Assembly (NCBI GenBank): GCA_963663405.2
Contig: CAXXSM010000148.1
Location: 1 to 64,000, forward strand
Direction: 5' to 3'
DNA length: 64,000 bases
Source: a bacterium
Lineage (GTDB): Bacteria > Hinthialibacterota > Hinthialibacteria > Hinthialibacterales > Hinthialibacteraceae
The notes beneath the pieces are model-generated. The model saw nothing but the letters and a program-made list of their open reading frames with translations. It searched no databases and was not told the origin of the DNA. A program made the translations under genes and the position numbers. Each line of letters begins with the position of its first letter. Within the stretch, counting starts at the first letter, position 1. Below are positions 54,788 to 64,000 of the stretch, piece by piece.

Positions 54788-55390
54788 ATGCGCAAAGGAG
54801 ATAGTACGTTGAAAAGACAGGCGTTTACCTTGATTGAACTTCTAATTGTCGTCGCGATTATCGGGATTCTCGCCGCCATCGCTGTTCCCAATTTTCTAAA
54901 CGCTCAACTGCGGGCCAAGATCGCCAGGGCGGAATCCGAAATTCGCAACATCGGTATGTCGTTGGAAGCGTATCGTCTAGACAATAATTTATATCCACCT
55001 ACGAACCATCCAGATTGTACTTGGAAATATCCGATCAGCACTCGGTTGTATCCATTAACCACTCCCATCGCTTATATGTCATCAGTTCCCATTGATCCGT
55101 TTCTCTATGGACCGCCAGGAACCCGGATCAACGACGAGCAATCGGAGTGGTATGACACCTACGATTACGTGGATATCTGGTCGCTTTTTCAATTTTGTGA
55201 GATGACAATTGTCACATTACCGTTTCGTTGTTCGGAATGGAAAGTGACCAGCGCAGGACCGGACGCGACCAACACGTATGGACGGGCGTATATGTTTGAT
55301 GTGTCGAATGGATTGCGAAGTTGGGGTGATATTATACGTATTGGTCCCCGTTCCTCAAAACCATGCGAAGATGAATATGTCGGAAAATAA
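54788..55390 (+). CDS. Prepilin-type N-terminal cleavage/methylation domain protein (GspG-like)
   Basis: AFTLIELLIVVAIIGILAAIAVPNF, LTTPIAY...P.DPF, SAGPD, SNGL.S.GDI. Confidence 0.9.
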   Translation: MRKGDSTLKRQAFTLIELLIVVAIIGILAAIAVPNFLNAQLRAKIARAESEIRNIGMSLEAYRLDNNLYPPTNHPDCTWKYPISTRLYPLTTPIAYMSSVPIDPFLYGPPGTRINDEQSEWYDTYDYVDIWSLFQFCEMTIVTLPFRCSEWKVTSAGPDATNTYGRAYMFDVSNGLRSWGDIIRIGPRSSKPCEDEYVGK

Positions 55391-55414
55391 ATAGAACGTG
55401 GACGTCTAGCCTGG

Positions 55415-55443
55415 AAATGGAACGCAGGCGTCCCGCCCGTGAA
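55415..55443 (+). repeat. REP-like dispersed repeat, copy 2
   Basis: 28/29 identity to the reverse complement of 21039-21067. Confidence 0.75.
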
Positions 55444-55547
55444 AATAACAACGAATTATTTACATTTAGATAAAAAATCAATATAGGAATTCAAAACATC
55501 AGCAGAGTGAAACTGCTGCGAATCATCAAATAAAGGGGAGTGTTACA

Positions 55548-56691
55548 ATGAAAAGGATTTTGTGCGTATTTTTATTCGCCTCGCTGGCTACAGTGGGATT
55601 CACGCAGGAAGAAAAAGTCTTCATCACGAGTTTCGAAGATTCGGAAGAACTCACCGGCAGCTGGGATAATAGCTGGACCGGCGGCTCGTTTCAGGAATGC
55701 TTCGTTGATTATGGAACCGATCCAGCCCCTCCTGACGGAGACGCCGTTCTCGTCATTTTCTATGACAACGCCGGTTCAACTTGGCAGCACTCGACATTCA
55801 ATTTCGCGGTTCCAGCTGTTGATATCACCGGCATGCGGGAAATTCATATGTCGGTCTATTTCACTCCGGAATCTACGGGGGATCTGCAGATCCGAATGGA
55901 TCTTCCTAACGGCAATATTCTAGGCTTCGCTGATGTCCCATCCGCTGGGGAATGGCACGAACTGGTCTGGAAAAATCGATCGGAAAACGTCAGTCATGGA
56001 TTTCTTGTCGGAACTTACATACATCCAAGGCTTTATCGTACCGACACCAGGTGACGCGGCCGGCGAAGTGTGGATTGATAACTTCTACGCCTTCCGTCCG
56101 GCGGATATCCCTGCGGAAATTGACGAAGTGGTTGTCTATGGCTTCAACGAAGCCGATCCAGACACCGGCGCGCCGGTGGGATGGACGAAAGCGAGCGACG
56201 AAGATGGCTACATGCCCGAAATGGCTGCTGGTTTAGCCGATCCATCTGAAGGCTCCGATTCGATGGTCATGTTCTGTTGGAGCGGGTACGTCAATAACGT
56301 GATAACGACCGACGCGCTGGGCGCGTTCGACCGCTGGCGGGAAGCGTTGGAAATCCAGTTCGATGTGCTGACACCGGAAGCGATCTCCGGCGGTTGGATG
56401 CAGAGCCGGATCGTGGTTCGATCCGGAATTGGAGAGGATGCGGACAGTGTCGTTGAAGATTCAATGAAAGAAATCGGTTATGCGGACGCGGTTGATGATT
56501 GGAAAACACTGTTATGGGAAGTGGACATGACAGATCATATTCCCAATATTAACGCCGCCGATGGATGGCTTGAAATCCAGATTGACACGAACCAAAACGG
56601 CGACGCTGATGGGCAAATGATTCTCGTCGACAATTTCCGTGTTACCGTGCCCCGCGAACCGGTTGATGTAAACAGTTGGGCTCTCTATTAA
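55548..56691 (+). CDS. Secreted protein with two CBM-like beta-sandwich repeats (frameshift near 55972)
   Basis: Signal peptide; repeated W..L.W...IDNF / VDNF units. Ends VNSWALY. Confidence 0.65.
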
Positions 56692-56712
56692 ATCTATTTC
56701 TATTTACAATAA

Positions 56713-56739
56713 CGGGGATCAACCAAGCGTTGATCCCCG
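56713..56739. terminator. Hairpin between convergent genes
   Basis: CGGGGATCAAC-caagc-GTTGATCCCCG, 11-bp perfect stem. Confidence 0.6.
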
Positions 56740-56969
56740 ATACCATTAAGTTACATTGACCGAACGCCAAGAGAAAGGCTGTTTCTTGCCCTTACATACC
56801 TTCACTCTTCAATCTTAACACTTAGAGTCGAGTGTTTATATTGATTGGATTATTTCCTGTGAATATCAATCGCTTGTTACTATAAGAACAAACAAACGAG
56901 GATAACATCATTGAAAAGGTAAAATACGCGCAATCTATTCTTGATAAGGCGCCGCCAGAGGGAAACACT

Positions 56970-57194
56970 TCACTGAATAAAATCATCCTCATTTTCTAAT
57001 TCGCTTAAAAATTGTTCGGAAGATACGATTGCACGATCAATAAGTGTCGATAATTCAACTGTTTGAGTTCTTAAAGAAATCAAATTACCTTCTAAAGAGG
57101 TAATAGAATTTTGATTTAAATTTTGCTCGAGAAAGAGTAAAGTATTATAATATTCATCTAAAATCAATCCCATTTTCATTTCTGATTTCTGCAT
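56970..57194 (-). pseudogene. 3' fragment of a DUF2959-like protein, truncated at the junction
   Basis: KM..IL......LLFL..NLN...I.SL.G pattern of DUF2959 C-termini; the frame closes just upstream, inside recF. Confidence 0.55.
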
Positions 57195-58237
57195 GTTTTG
57201 ATAAAATCATCATCAATTTTCTCAGTAAATGTAAAAAACATCTGATCAGCACATTTAATAATCCGGTAAAAAGCATCTTTTGTCACCTGATCAAGTTCTC
57301 CGGTTACATCATCAACCAGAACCACTATTTTGCTTTTCTCTCCCCTGCCCTCCTCCAGTTTACTGATCAAATTGATTTTTCCCAATTTTAAACATAATGC
57401 CAATAGACGGCACTGTCCAGTTGAACCGAAATGACGCAGCAGTTTACCACTGTAAAGAAAATCAAAATCATCAACCTGTGGCCCAAAACTGGTATAACCT
57501 TTTAATTTATCTTTTTCACGGTCCCGCTTTAAACGATTCTGAAATAATTCGTTATTATTTGTTCCACTGTGAAAACGATAATCAATGTCAAATTTAACCG
57601 AATCCGCTTTGATCGAATTGATTAAGCCGTTAATTTCATTTTTAAGCGCTTCACAGGCTTTTTTACGGTAATCCACAATCGTACATCCCTTTTCCGCTAT
57701 CATCGCTTCATAGACATCCATAAGCGTTAAATCGGGATTATTAGAACGCAACATGACATTACGGGTTTTCAAAACGGTAAGATAATCGCTTAAAATCGTC
57801 AGATATTCCGGATGCAATGTAGATATCAACATATCAAAATAGCGTCTTCTCAATCCGGAACTGCCACTTACAATCAGGATATCATCAGGCGAAAAAGCGA
57901 CTGCTTTAAATTTCTGAATAAATTCACTGGCCTTCGAAACCGGTGCCCCATCCATCCTTAATTTGCGCTTATCCAGATATTCAACTTCCAATAGCTGTTC
58001 CCAAGCCTGTCCGATATTAACCTGTGATTTTATGTAAAATCCTTTTCCACCGATTTTTTTTAAATCTTTCAGTTGTGACGTCCGGAATGAACGAAGCATG
58101 CTGATAAAAAAAATGGCTTCAAGTAAGTTTGTTTTCCCCTCACCATTTTGACCGATAAACACATTAACAGTCGATTTAAATGTAAGATTCAACTCGGAAT
58201 AGTTGCGAAAATCGCGAAGAGAGAGAGACGAAATCAT
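57176..58237 (-). CDS. recF: DNA replication/repair protein RecF (last codons probably chimeric)
   Basis: FRNY, GQNGEGKTNLLEAI, RRRYFD, GPQVDD, GSTGQCR, LVDDVTGELD. Confidence 0.95.
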   Translation of the reverse strand: MISSLSLRDFRNYSELNLTFKSTVNVFIGQNGEGKTNLLEAIFFISMLRSFRTSQLKDLKKIGGKGFYIKSQVNIGQAWEQLLEVEYLDKRKLRMDGAPVSKASEFIQKFKAVAFSPDDILIVSGSSGLRRRYFDMLISTLHPEYLTILSDYLTVLKTRNVMLRSNNPDLTLMDVYEAMIAEKGCTIVDYRKKACEALKNEINGLINSIKADSVKFDIDYRFHSGTNNNELFQNRLKRDREKDKLKGYTSFGPQVDDFDFLYSGKLLRHFGSTGQCRLLALCLKLGKINLISKLEEGRGEKSKIVVLVDDVTGELDQVTKDAFYRIIKCADQMFFTFTEKIDDDFIKTCRNQK

Positions 58238-58288
58238 AGATGATCCTTTTCAGCAAATAATTGATTGGATCAAAGGTTTAACAAACAA

Positions 58289-58317
58289 TCAGATTGAAGA
58301 AACAGTCTTCAATCTGA
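58289..58317 (-). terminator. Intrinsic terminator-like hairpin after dnaN
   Basis: 12-bp perfect stem TCAGATTGAAGA/TCTTCAATCTGA, followed by TTGTTTGTT on the minus strand. Confidence 0.6.
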
Positions 58318-58339
58318 ACTTAAAATCGACGCTGAAAAA

Positions 58340-59434
58340 TTACTTATTTCTCATCGGCATAATGACATAAAGGAAGCCATCGCCACCTTCAATACCGACA
58401 GGACTGAAGCCGTCATTCAACTTCAATGATACATTATCACTGCTGACATGTCTGAATGGATCAGCCAGGAATGCCGGATTAAAGGAAATATTAATTTCTG
58501 TATCATTGTAATCAATTTCAATAACGTCTTTTGCTTCACCGACTTCTGAACTTGCAGCATCAAATTGCAACATATTATTACCAATATTCAATTTGATAAA
58601 TGAACCGCTGTCAGCAATAGAGATGGCAACCAGATCCAGTCTGGATAAGAAATCCTGAGCTGAAATGCTGATTGATTTGCTGAACGAAGCCGGTATAACC
58701 TGGCGGTAATTGGGATAGTTTCCTTCAATCAACTTTGAAGTTAAAATGGATTTTCCGGTATCAAAAAGAATCTGATTTTCACCAATTTCTATTGAGACTT
58801 CTCCACCTTTTCCTACCAACCGTTTCAACTCAGTAGCACTCTTAATTGGCAGAATGGAATCACCGTCTTCTCCGGTAAAATTGTCAAGAATTTTTTCAAC
58901 CAATGCCAAGCGTTTACCATCAGTAGCCACAGCTGTGAACGTGTTTTCTTTGATTGACAGCAGAATTCCATGTAGAACCTTACGGGAATCATCAAGACTG
59001 ACCGCATAGGAAATTTGATCCAGAATACGCGATAATTCTTCTTCCGGCAATTTGAACTGTTTGATCGGAGTAAATTGGATTGGAAGCGGAAAATCTTCCT
59101 CAGATAAGCCGTAAATCAAGCCGGAGTAACTGCCACATTTTATTTCTGTATGATGATTTTCATTGGTATCCATGGAGACTTCTTTACCAATAAACTTACC
59201 AACAAACATCTGTAATTTTTTAGCCGGTAAAGTTGTTTTTCCTTCACGTTCAACAGTCGCTTCAATTTTGGTAGTAATACGTATTTCCAGATCAGTAGTA
59301 GTTAAGGTAAGGCAGTTTTCTTCAGCCTCCATCAACACATTTGCCAGTACAGGCAATGTTGTTCGTGATCCGATTACACTTGTCAGTTTTTGTAATGCTT
59401 CCTGAAGGCTGTTTTTGGCTACCGTTAATTTCAT
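58340..59434 (-). CDS. dnaN: DNA polymerase III beta sliding clamp
   Basis: TLPVLANVL, TTDLEI, VATDGKRLA, SKLIEGNYPNYRQVIP, YVIMPMR; GGAG RBS. Confidence 0.97.
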   Translation of the reverse strand: MKLTVAKNSLQEALQKLTSVIGSRTTLPVLANVLMEAEENCLTLTTTDLEIRITTKIEATVEREGKTTLPAKKLQMFVGKFIGKEVSMDTNENHHTEIKCGSYSGLIYGLSEEDFPLPIQFTPIKQFKLPEEELSRILDQISYAVSLDDSRKVLHGILLSIKENTFTAVATDGKRLALVEKILDNFTGEDGDSILPIKSATELKRLVGKGGEVSIEIGENQILFDTGKSILTSKLIEGNYPNYRQVIPASFSKSISISAQDFLSRLDLVAISIADSGSFIKLNIGNNMLQFDAASSEVGEAKDVIEIDYNDTEINISFNPAFLADPFRHVSSDNVSLKLNDGFSPVGIEGGDGFLYVIMPMRNK

Positions 59435-59446
59435 CTTATACTCCAA

Positions 59447-59690
59447 TTTTTCGACTTATTTACAGATGTTAATATTAGTAATTTATATTATATATATTAA
59501 AATAAAACTATTGTTATTATTATAAGCTGTTAATTTGTTAATAAATTTAATTTCAAGTAGGAAAAACTCAAATTTTAATTATTAATAACCCTGTTTTTTT
59601 TTGTTTAAAACCTATACTCGTCTGTGAATTAATGTTATTAACATAATTATTTAATGAAAAATTAACAATTTTATTAACAACCCAGACAAG
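59447..59690. other. Candidate replication origin (oriC)
   Basis: Very AT-rich gap upstream of dnaN with repeated TTATTAACA-type 9-mers (59536-44 rc, 59635-43, 59671-79, plus near matches). Confidence 0.5.
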
Positions 59691-59699
59691 GAGACAAGA

Positions 59700-60335
59700 A
59701 TGTCATATGATATATCAGACTTATTCAACCGTTATCCGGAATTACAATTACAACAGGATAATATACTGAAAGCTTGTTCAATTTTCAAAGAAACATTCAA
59801 AAATGATGGTACTCTTTTTGTTTGCGGTAATGGAGGGAGTGCCAGTGATGCTGAACATATTGCCGGTGAACTTTTAAAAGGATTTCTTAAATTAAGACCA
59901 ATTGATAAAGAGCTGCGCAATAAACTGGAAACTGATTATCAGGAACAAGGTAAATTTATTGCCGATGGACTGCAAAATGGTCTGAAAACAATTTCATTAA
60001 TTGGACATCCTTCACTTTCAACAGCGTTTGCCAATGATGTGAATGCATCATTGATTTTTGCTCAACAACTTCATGTGTTGGGAAAAAAAGGTGATGCCTT
60101 GTTAGCTTTATCAACATCCGGAAATTCTGATAATGTGATTAAATGTATGCAATTAGCTAATGTTAAAGGAATTAAAACAGTAGCTATGACCGGAAGTGGG
60201 GGAGGGAAGTGTAAAGAACTTGCTGAATGCTGCATTCAGGCACCATCGAAAGAAACATACATTGTTCAGGAATATCATCTTCCTGTTTATCATGCAATCT
60301 GTGCTGTATTAGAGGATGAATTTTATGGTGAATAA
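59700..60335 (+). CDS. gmhA: D-sedoheptulose-7-phosphate isomerase (SIS domain)
   Basis: CGNGGSASDAEHIAGEL, TAFAND, STSGNS, QEYH. Confidence 0.88.
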   Translation: MSYDISDLFNRYPELQLQQDNILKACSIFKETFKNDGTLFVCGNGGSASDAEHIAGELLKGFLKLRPIDKELRNKLETDYQEQGKFIADGLQNGLKTISLIGHPSLSTAFANDVNASLIFAQQLHVLGKKGDALLALSTSGNSDNVIKCMQLANVKGIKTVAMTGSGGGKCKELAECCIQAPSKETYIVQEYHLPVYHAICAVLEDEFYGE

Positions 60336-61041
60336 AAAAGAAAAAATAAAGCATGTTGCAATTATTATGGATGGCAATGGACGCTGGGCAAAGCAACGTG
60401 GCTTTGAACGAATTGAAGGTCATCGCGCTGGCGCTGAAGCAGTTAAACGGACCATTCAGGCAGCTCAGGATTTTGGTATTGAATACCTTACCTTATATGC
60501 GTTCAGTACTGAAAACTGGAAGCGGGAAAAATCTGAAGTTATGGGTTTAATGTCTTTATTACGTGAATTTATTGATAAAAATATTGAGGAAGTTAATGAG
60601 AAAGGAATCCGCCTGAAAGCAATTGGCCGTTTGAATCAACTTCCTTTTCCTACCAGAAAAAAATTATTTAAAGCAATTGAACAGACAAAAAACAATACAA
60701 AAGGCAATCTTGTTCTGGCATTAAGTTATGGTGGCAGAGCAGAACTTATCGATGCAGTTAAAAAAATATCTGAAGAGGTAAAATCAGGGAGCATCAAAAT
60801 TAAAAATATTGATGAAGAACTGATTTCAAATTATCTTTACGATCCAACTATTCCCGATCCTGATCTCATGATTAGAACCAGTAGCGAATTTCGCATCAGT
60901 AACTTTCTGCTCTGGCAATTGTCCTATTCTGAAATCTACATTTCTGATCTGCTCTGGCCGGACTTTGATAAACATGAATTCCAAAAAGCTTTGGATAGTT
61001 ACTACAATCGTGAAAGACGTTTCGGAGGCCGTTTGAAATAG
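60316..61041 (+). CDS. uppS: Undecaprenyl diphosphate synthase
   Basis: HVAIIMDGNGRWA, YAFSTENWKR, YGGR.E, DLMIRTS.E.RISNFLLWQ. Confidence 0.96.
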   Translation: MNFMVNKKEKIKHVAIIMDGNGRWAKQRGFERIEGHRAGAEAVKRTIQAAQDFGIEYLTLYAFSTENWKREKSEVMGLMSLLREFIDKNIEEVNEKGIRLKAIGRLNQLPFPTRKKLFKAIEQTKNNTKGNLVLALSYGGRAELIDAVKKISEEVKSGSIKIKNIDEELISNYLYDPTIPDPDLMIRTSSEFRISNFLLWQLSYSEIYISDLLWPDFDKHEFQKALDSYYNRERRFGGRLK

Positions 61042-61166
61042 TCGTCATTTCCAGTCGTCACTTTGTCGTTATATAGAAAAATAGCCTCAAAATTACTTTC
61101 ACTTATTGAAAATAACTTGATAACAGGTATCTTTACAAAACATTCAAAATTAATTAAAAGGCAGCA

Positions 61167-62759
61167 ATGAAATTCTTTAACACAGCAGGACCTGTAAATA
61201 AAAGTATTCATTATAAAATAGATCCATTAAAGCGTTTGGATACAGAAGAAATTCTGATGTTAATTGAACAACAGAAGTATTTTATTCTCCATGCTCCCCG
61301 TCAAACAGGAAAGACATCGTGCTTATTGGCTCTACGTGATTATCTGAATAAAGGAAGCGATTATTATTGTGTATATGCAAATTTTGAAGCTGGACAGGCA
61401 GCTAGAAATGATATACATGATGGTATAAGCTCAATTTTATCTGAACTGCATGCTCGTATTTCTGATACACTTAATATAAAAATTCCTTTTACAGTAAATG
61501 AAATAATAGAATCAAACAGTGCAAATAATGCATTAAACGCATATCTTAATAATATCTGTAAATTGCTGGATAAACCTTTTATTCTGTTTATAGATGAAAT
61601 TGATGCTTTGGTTGGTGATACATTGATATCAGTACTACGTCAATTACGTTCCGGATATGATACTCGACCGACTCTTTTTCCACAATCTGTCATTCTTTGC
61701 GGAGTTCGCGATATAAAAGATTACCGTATTCATCGAAGTGATGATGATATTATTACAGGTGGTAGTTGTTTTAATATTAAATCTGAATCATTATCTCTTG
61801 GTAATTTTTCTGAACAGGACGTTAGAACATTATATGCGGAACATACAAAAGAGACTGGACAACAGTTTGATGACGCCTGTTTTCCATTAATTATGCAGTA
61901 TACAGGTGGACAACCCTGGTTGGTTAATGCGCTGGGATATGAAGTTACATTTAAAATGAAAGAAAACCGTGATCGTTCTGTTGTAATTACAGCTGATATG
62001 CTCAACCAGGCAAAAGAAAACTTGATTTTATCCAGGGCAACTCACCTTGATCAACTTGCCGATAAACTTAAAGAAGATCGGGTTCGTCATGTTATTGAAC
62101 CCATGTTGACTGGTGATGACAGCGATGCCAGCTTTGACGACAATGAATATTGCGTTGATCTCGGTCTTATTAAAAAGAGTGATCGTGGATATATCATTTC
62201 CAACGATATTTATAAAGAAGTTATGCCGCGAGAATTAACCACAATGATTCAAAATGGTTTTATGGCTAAGTTTCAGCCGGAATGGATCAATCCTGATGCT
62301 ACATTGAATGTTCATAAACTAATGACAATGTTTCAGCAATTCTGGCGTGAAAACAGTGATATATGGTCTGCGAAAATAGCAGGATATAATGAAGCTGCAC
62401 CCCATCTTGTTTTTCAAGGATTTTTGCAATGGGTCAGTAATGGTCAGGGCTTGATTGAAAGAGAATATGGCCTTGGTAGAAGCAGAGCAGATCTCTATTT
62501 ACGCTGGAAATATACTAAAGGTGAACAGCGTATTGTCTTTGAACTGAAAATGCGCACTGAAAGAGATAATTCCTCCAAAAAATTTGAAAAAATAAAAAAT
62601 GACGGCCTTAGACAAATCTCTCAATACGCTGATCTCTGTGGTGCCGATGAAGCCCATCTGATTATTTTTGATCGTCGACCCTCAATTGACTGGAAAAATA
62701 AACTATATATTGACAATACAAAACAAAATAAACTCAATATCAGCATCTGGGGAATGTGA
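61167..62759 (+). CDS. AAA-like ATPase with C-terminal PD-(D/E)XK nuclease-like domain
   Basis: FFNTAGP, HAPRQTGKTS, FIDEID, TGGQPWLVN, EREY..G..RADL...VFELK. Confidence 0.85.
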   Translation: MKFFNTAGPVNKSIHYKIDPLKRLDTEEILMLIEQQKYFILHAPRQTGKTSCLLALRDYLNKGSDYYCVYANFEAGQAARNDIHDGISSILSELHARISDTLNIKIPFTVNEIIESNSANNALNAYLNNICKLLDKPFILFIDEIDALVGDTLISVLRQLRSGYDTRPTLFPQSVILCGVRDIKDYRIHRSDDDIITGGSCFNIKSESLSLGNFSEQDVRTLYAEHTKETGQQFDDACFPLIMQYTGGQPWLVNALGYEVTFKMKENRDRSVVITADMLNQAKENLILSRATHLDQLADKLKEDRVRHVIEPMLTGDDSDASFDDNEYCVDLGLIKKSDRGYIISNDIYKEVMPRELTTMIQNGFMAKFQPEWINPDATLNVHKLMTMFQQFWRENSDIWSAKIAGYNEAAPHLVFQGFLQWVSNGQGLIEREYGLGRSRADLYLRWKYTKGEQRIVFELKMRTERDNSSKKFEKIKNDGLRQISQYADLCGADEAHLIIFDRRPSIDWKNKLYIDNTKQNKLNISIWGM

Positions 62760-62821
62760 GTTTTCATATAGTTGTATTTGTATCTATCTATTTTTTGATA
62801 AACTTATTAAGAAGAACGATA

Positions 62822-63319
62822 ATGAAAACTTATAAATTTACCCTTGTTGAAGTTATTATAATTTTACTGATTCTTGTTATTTTAGCAGCAATGTTATTAC
62901 CTGCTCTTAATTCAAAACGGGAAGTAACCAGAAATATTTCCTGTGCAGGTAATCTAAGATCAATGGGTTTGTCTTTTAAACAATATGCATTGGACTTTAA
63001 TAATCAATTTCCGAGTGGGATGAATGATGCTGGTTTAGATAAACTAAGGGAAAATGATTATTTGACTGACTTTAAAATTTATGCATGTCCTTCAACTTCA
63101 GATACAGGAACAATTGATGGCATTAGTGTGAAATCAAGTTATCAATATATCGGCAATATGTCAGAAGAAAATACTCAACCTGACAGCGGATTAATGGCTG
63201 ATTATTCCGGCAATCACAGTGATTACGGTAATATTCTCTTCTGTGATGGCCATGTTACAGGTTATGCAGGTTCTTCCTGGCTGTCCAATGCTGGTAATAA
63301 AGGTTTTGTTAACTATTAA
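62822..63319 (+). CDS. Prepilin-type protein with H-X9-DG motif
   Basis: FTLVE...ILAAMLLPAL, C..NL..MG, CPS, HSDYGNILFCDGH. Confidence 0.88.
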   Translation: MKTYKFTLVEVIIILLILVILAAMLLPALNSKREVTRNISCAGNLRSMGLSFKQYALDFNNQFPSGMNDAGLDKLRENDYLTDFKIYACPSTSDTGTIDGISVKSSYQYIGNMSEENTQPDSGLMADYSGNHSDYGNILFCDGHVTGYAGSSWLSNAGNKGFVNY

Positions 63320-63334
63320 AGAATAAAAAATTTT

Positions 63335-64000
63335 CACAGATATCCCATAGAATTCTATTAAAATAGAAAAAAGCAGATTTCAGTATACCTTAATTGCAAC
63401 CAAACAAAAAAAGGAAATGCCATGAAACCTGCCAAGCATCAATTTAGTGTACTAAAACAAATTTGCAATCATATTCCACCCTATCTTGTTTCAAAGCTGG
63501 CCAAGAAAAATGGAGTAACCCAAAAAAGTCGCAGCTTCAGTCCCTGGAGTCATATCGTGAGCCTTGTTTATGCTCAATTATCGCATGCATTAAGTTTGAA
63601 TGATGTTTGTGATTCCCTTAGGAACCATTCAGGCGCTTTGGCGTCAGTCCGGGGAGCAACAGCTCCAAGCCGCAATGGTTTGTCTAATGCCAATAAAATC
63701 CGTAATCCCAAAATGGCTGAAGAACTGTTCTGGGAAGTAATGAAACAAATAACGCATGATCATCCTGACTTTATTCACAGCCGAAAATATAGTAAAATGC
63801 CACGTAGGTTCAAACGGACAATCAATGCAATAGATTCATCTACTATTCAATTAATTGCCAAATGTCTCAATTGGGCAAAGCACCGTCGAAGAAAAGCTGC
63901 GGCCAAAATGCATATGCGACTTGATCTGCAATCATTTTTACCTCGTTTTGCCATAATAAAAAGCGGCAACACCCATGATTCAACAGAAGCATATGAGTTG
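63335..64000 (+). mobile_element. IS4-family insertion sequence (left part)
   Basis: Putative left end CACAGATATCCCATAG at 63335 followed by a transposase ORF; runs off the window, so the right end cannot be checked. Confidence 0.65.
63422..64000 (+). CDS. IS4-family transposase (DUF4372 + DDE), partial; not in the ORF track
   Basis: AAGGA RBS; MKPAKHQFSVLKQIC...FSPWSH...AQL...SLNDVC...SRNGLSNAN..R...IDSSTI.L...WAKHRRRKAAAKMHMRLD...HD. Confidence 0.9.
   Translation, partial: MKPAKHQFSVLKQICNHIPPYLVSKLAKKNGVTQKSRSFSPWSHIVSLVYAQLSHALSLNDVCDSLRNHSGALASVRGATAPSRNGLSNANKIRNPKMAEELFWEVMKQITHDHPDFIHSRKYSKMPRRFKRTINAIDSSTIQLIAKCLNWAKHRRRKAAAKMHMRLDLQSFLPRFAIIKSGNTHDSTEAYEL

Noticed and set aside
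1-56700. Many frameshifted genes (URO-D, IMPase, EamA, sulfatase, SSS, epimerase, DUF6807, metH, DUF4276, NtrC, 55548 gene) as programmed frameshifting, phase variation or genome decay
   Set aside because: They affect unrelated genes, the cases I checked fall at homopolymers (e.g. G7 in metH, A5 near 55972), and both halves stay conserved. Long-read indel error is the simplest explanation.

Overview
Bacterial DNA that appears to come from two sources joined at about 57.2 kb. Segment A (1-~57,190) has moderate GC and many single-base frameshifts that look like long-read errors. It holds metabolic and housekeeping genes (URO-D family, nadD, galT, sulfatase, pyrG, metH, purN, tsaA), several secreted beta-propeller/LRR proteins sharing a short C-terminal [VI]-x-[DNS]-W-x-x-[YFM] motif, two toxin-antitoxin pairs and an AAA_21/DUF4276 pair. 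It also holds a 501-bp MITE inside a sensor kinase signal peptide, a 1.4-kb AT-rich cargo splitting an LRR gene, and an unusual sigma70-like gene. In that gene region 2 is interrupted by a WD40-like insert and followed by an 8-Cys zinc-ribbon linker, and a coupled partner gene lies downstream. The gene style suggests a Hinthialibacter/OLB16-like lineage (inference only). Segment B (~57,200-64,000) is AT-rich with no frameshifts. It holds recF, dnaN, a candidate oriC, gmhA, uppS, an AAA/PD-(D/E)XK gene, an H-X9-DG prepilin-like gene and the start of an IS4 transposase, and looks Lentisphaerota-like (inference). I saw no rRNA, tRNA or CRISPR array. All calls come from reading motifs by eye; no database searches were run.
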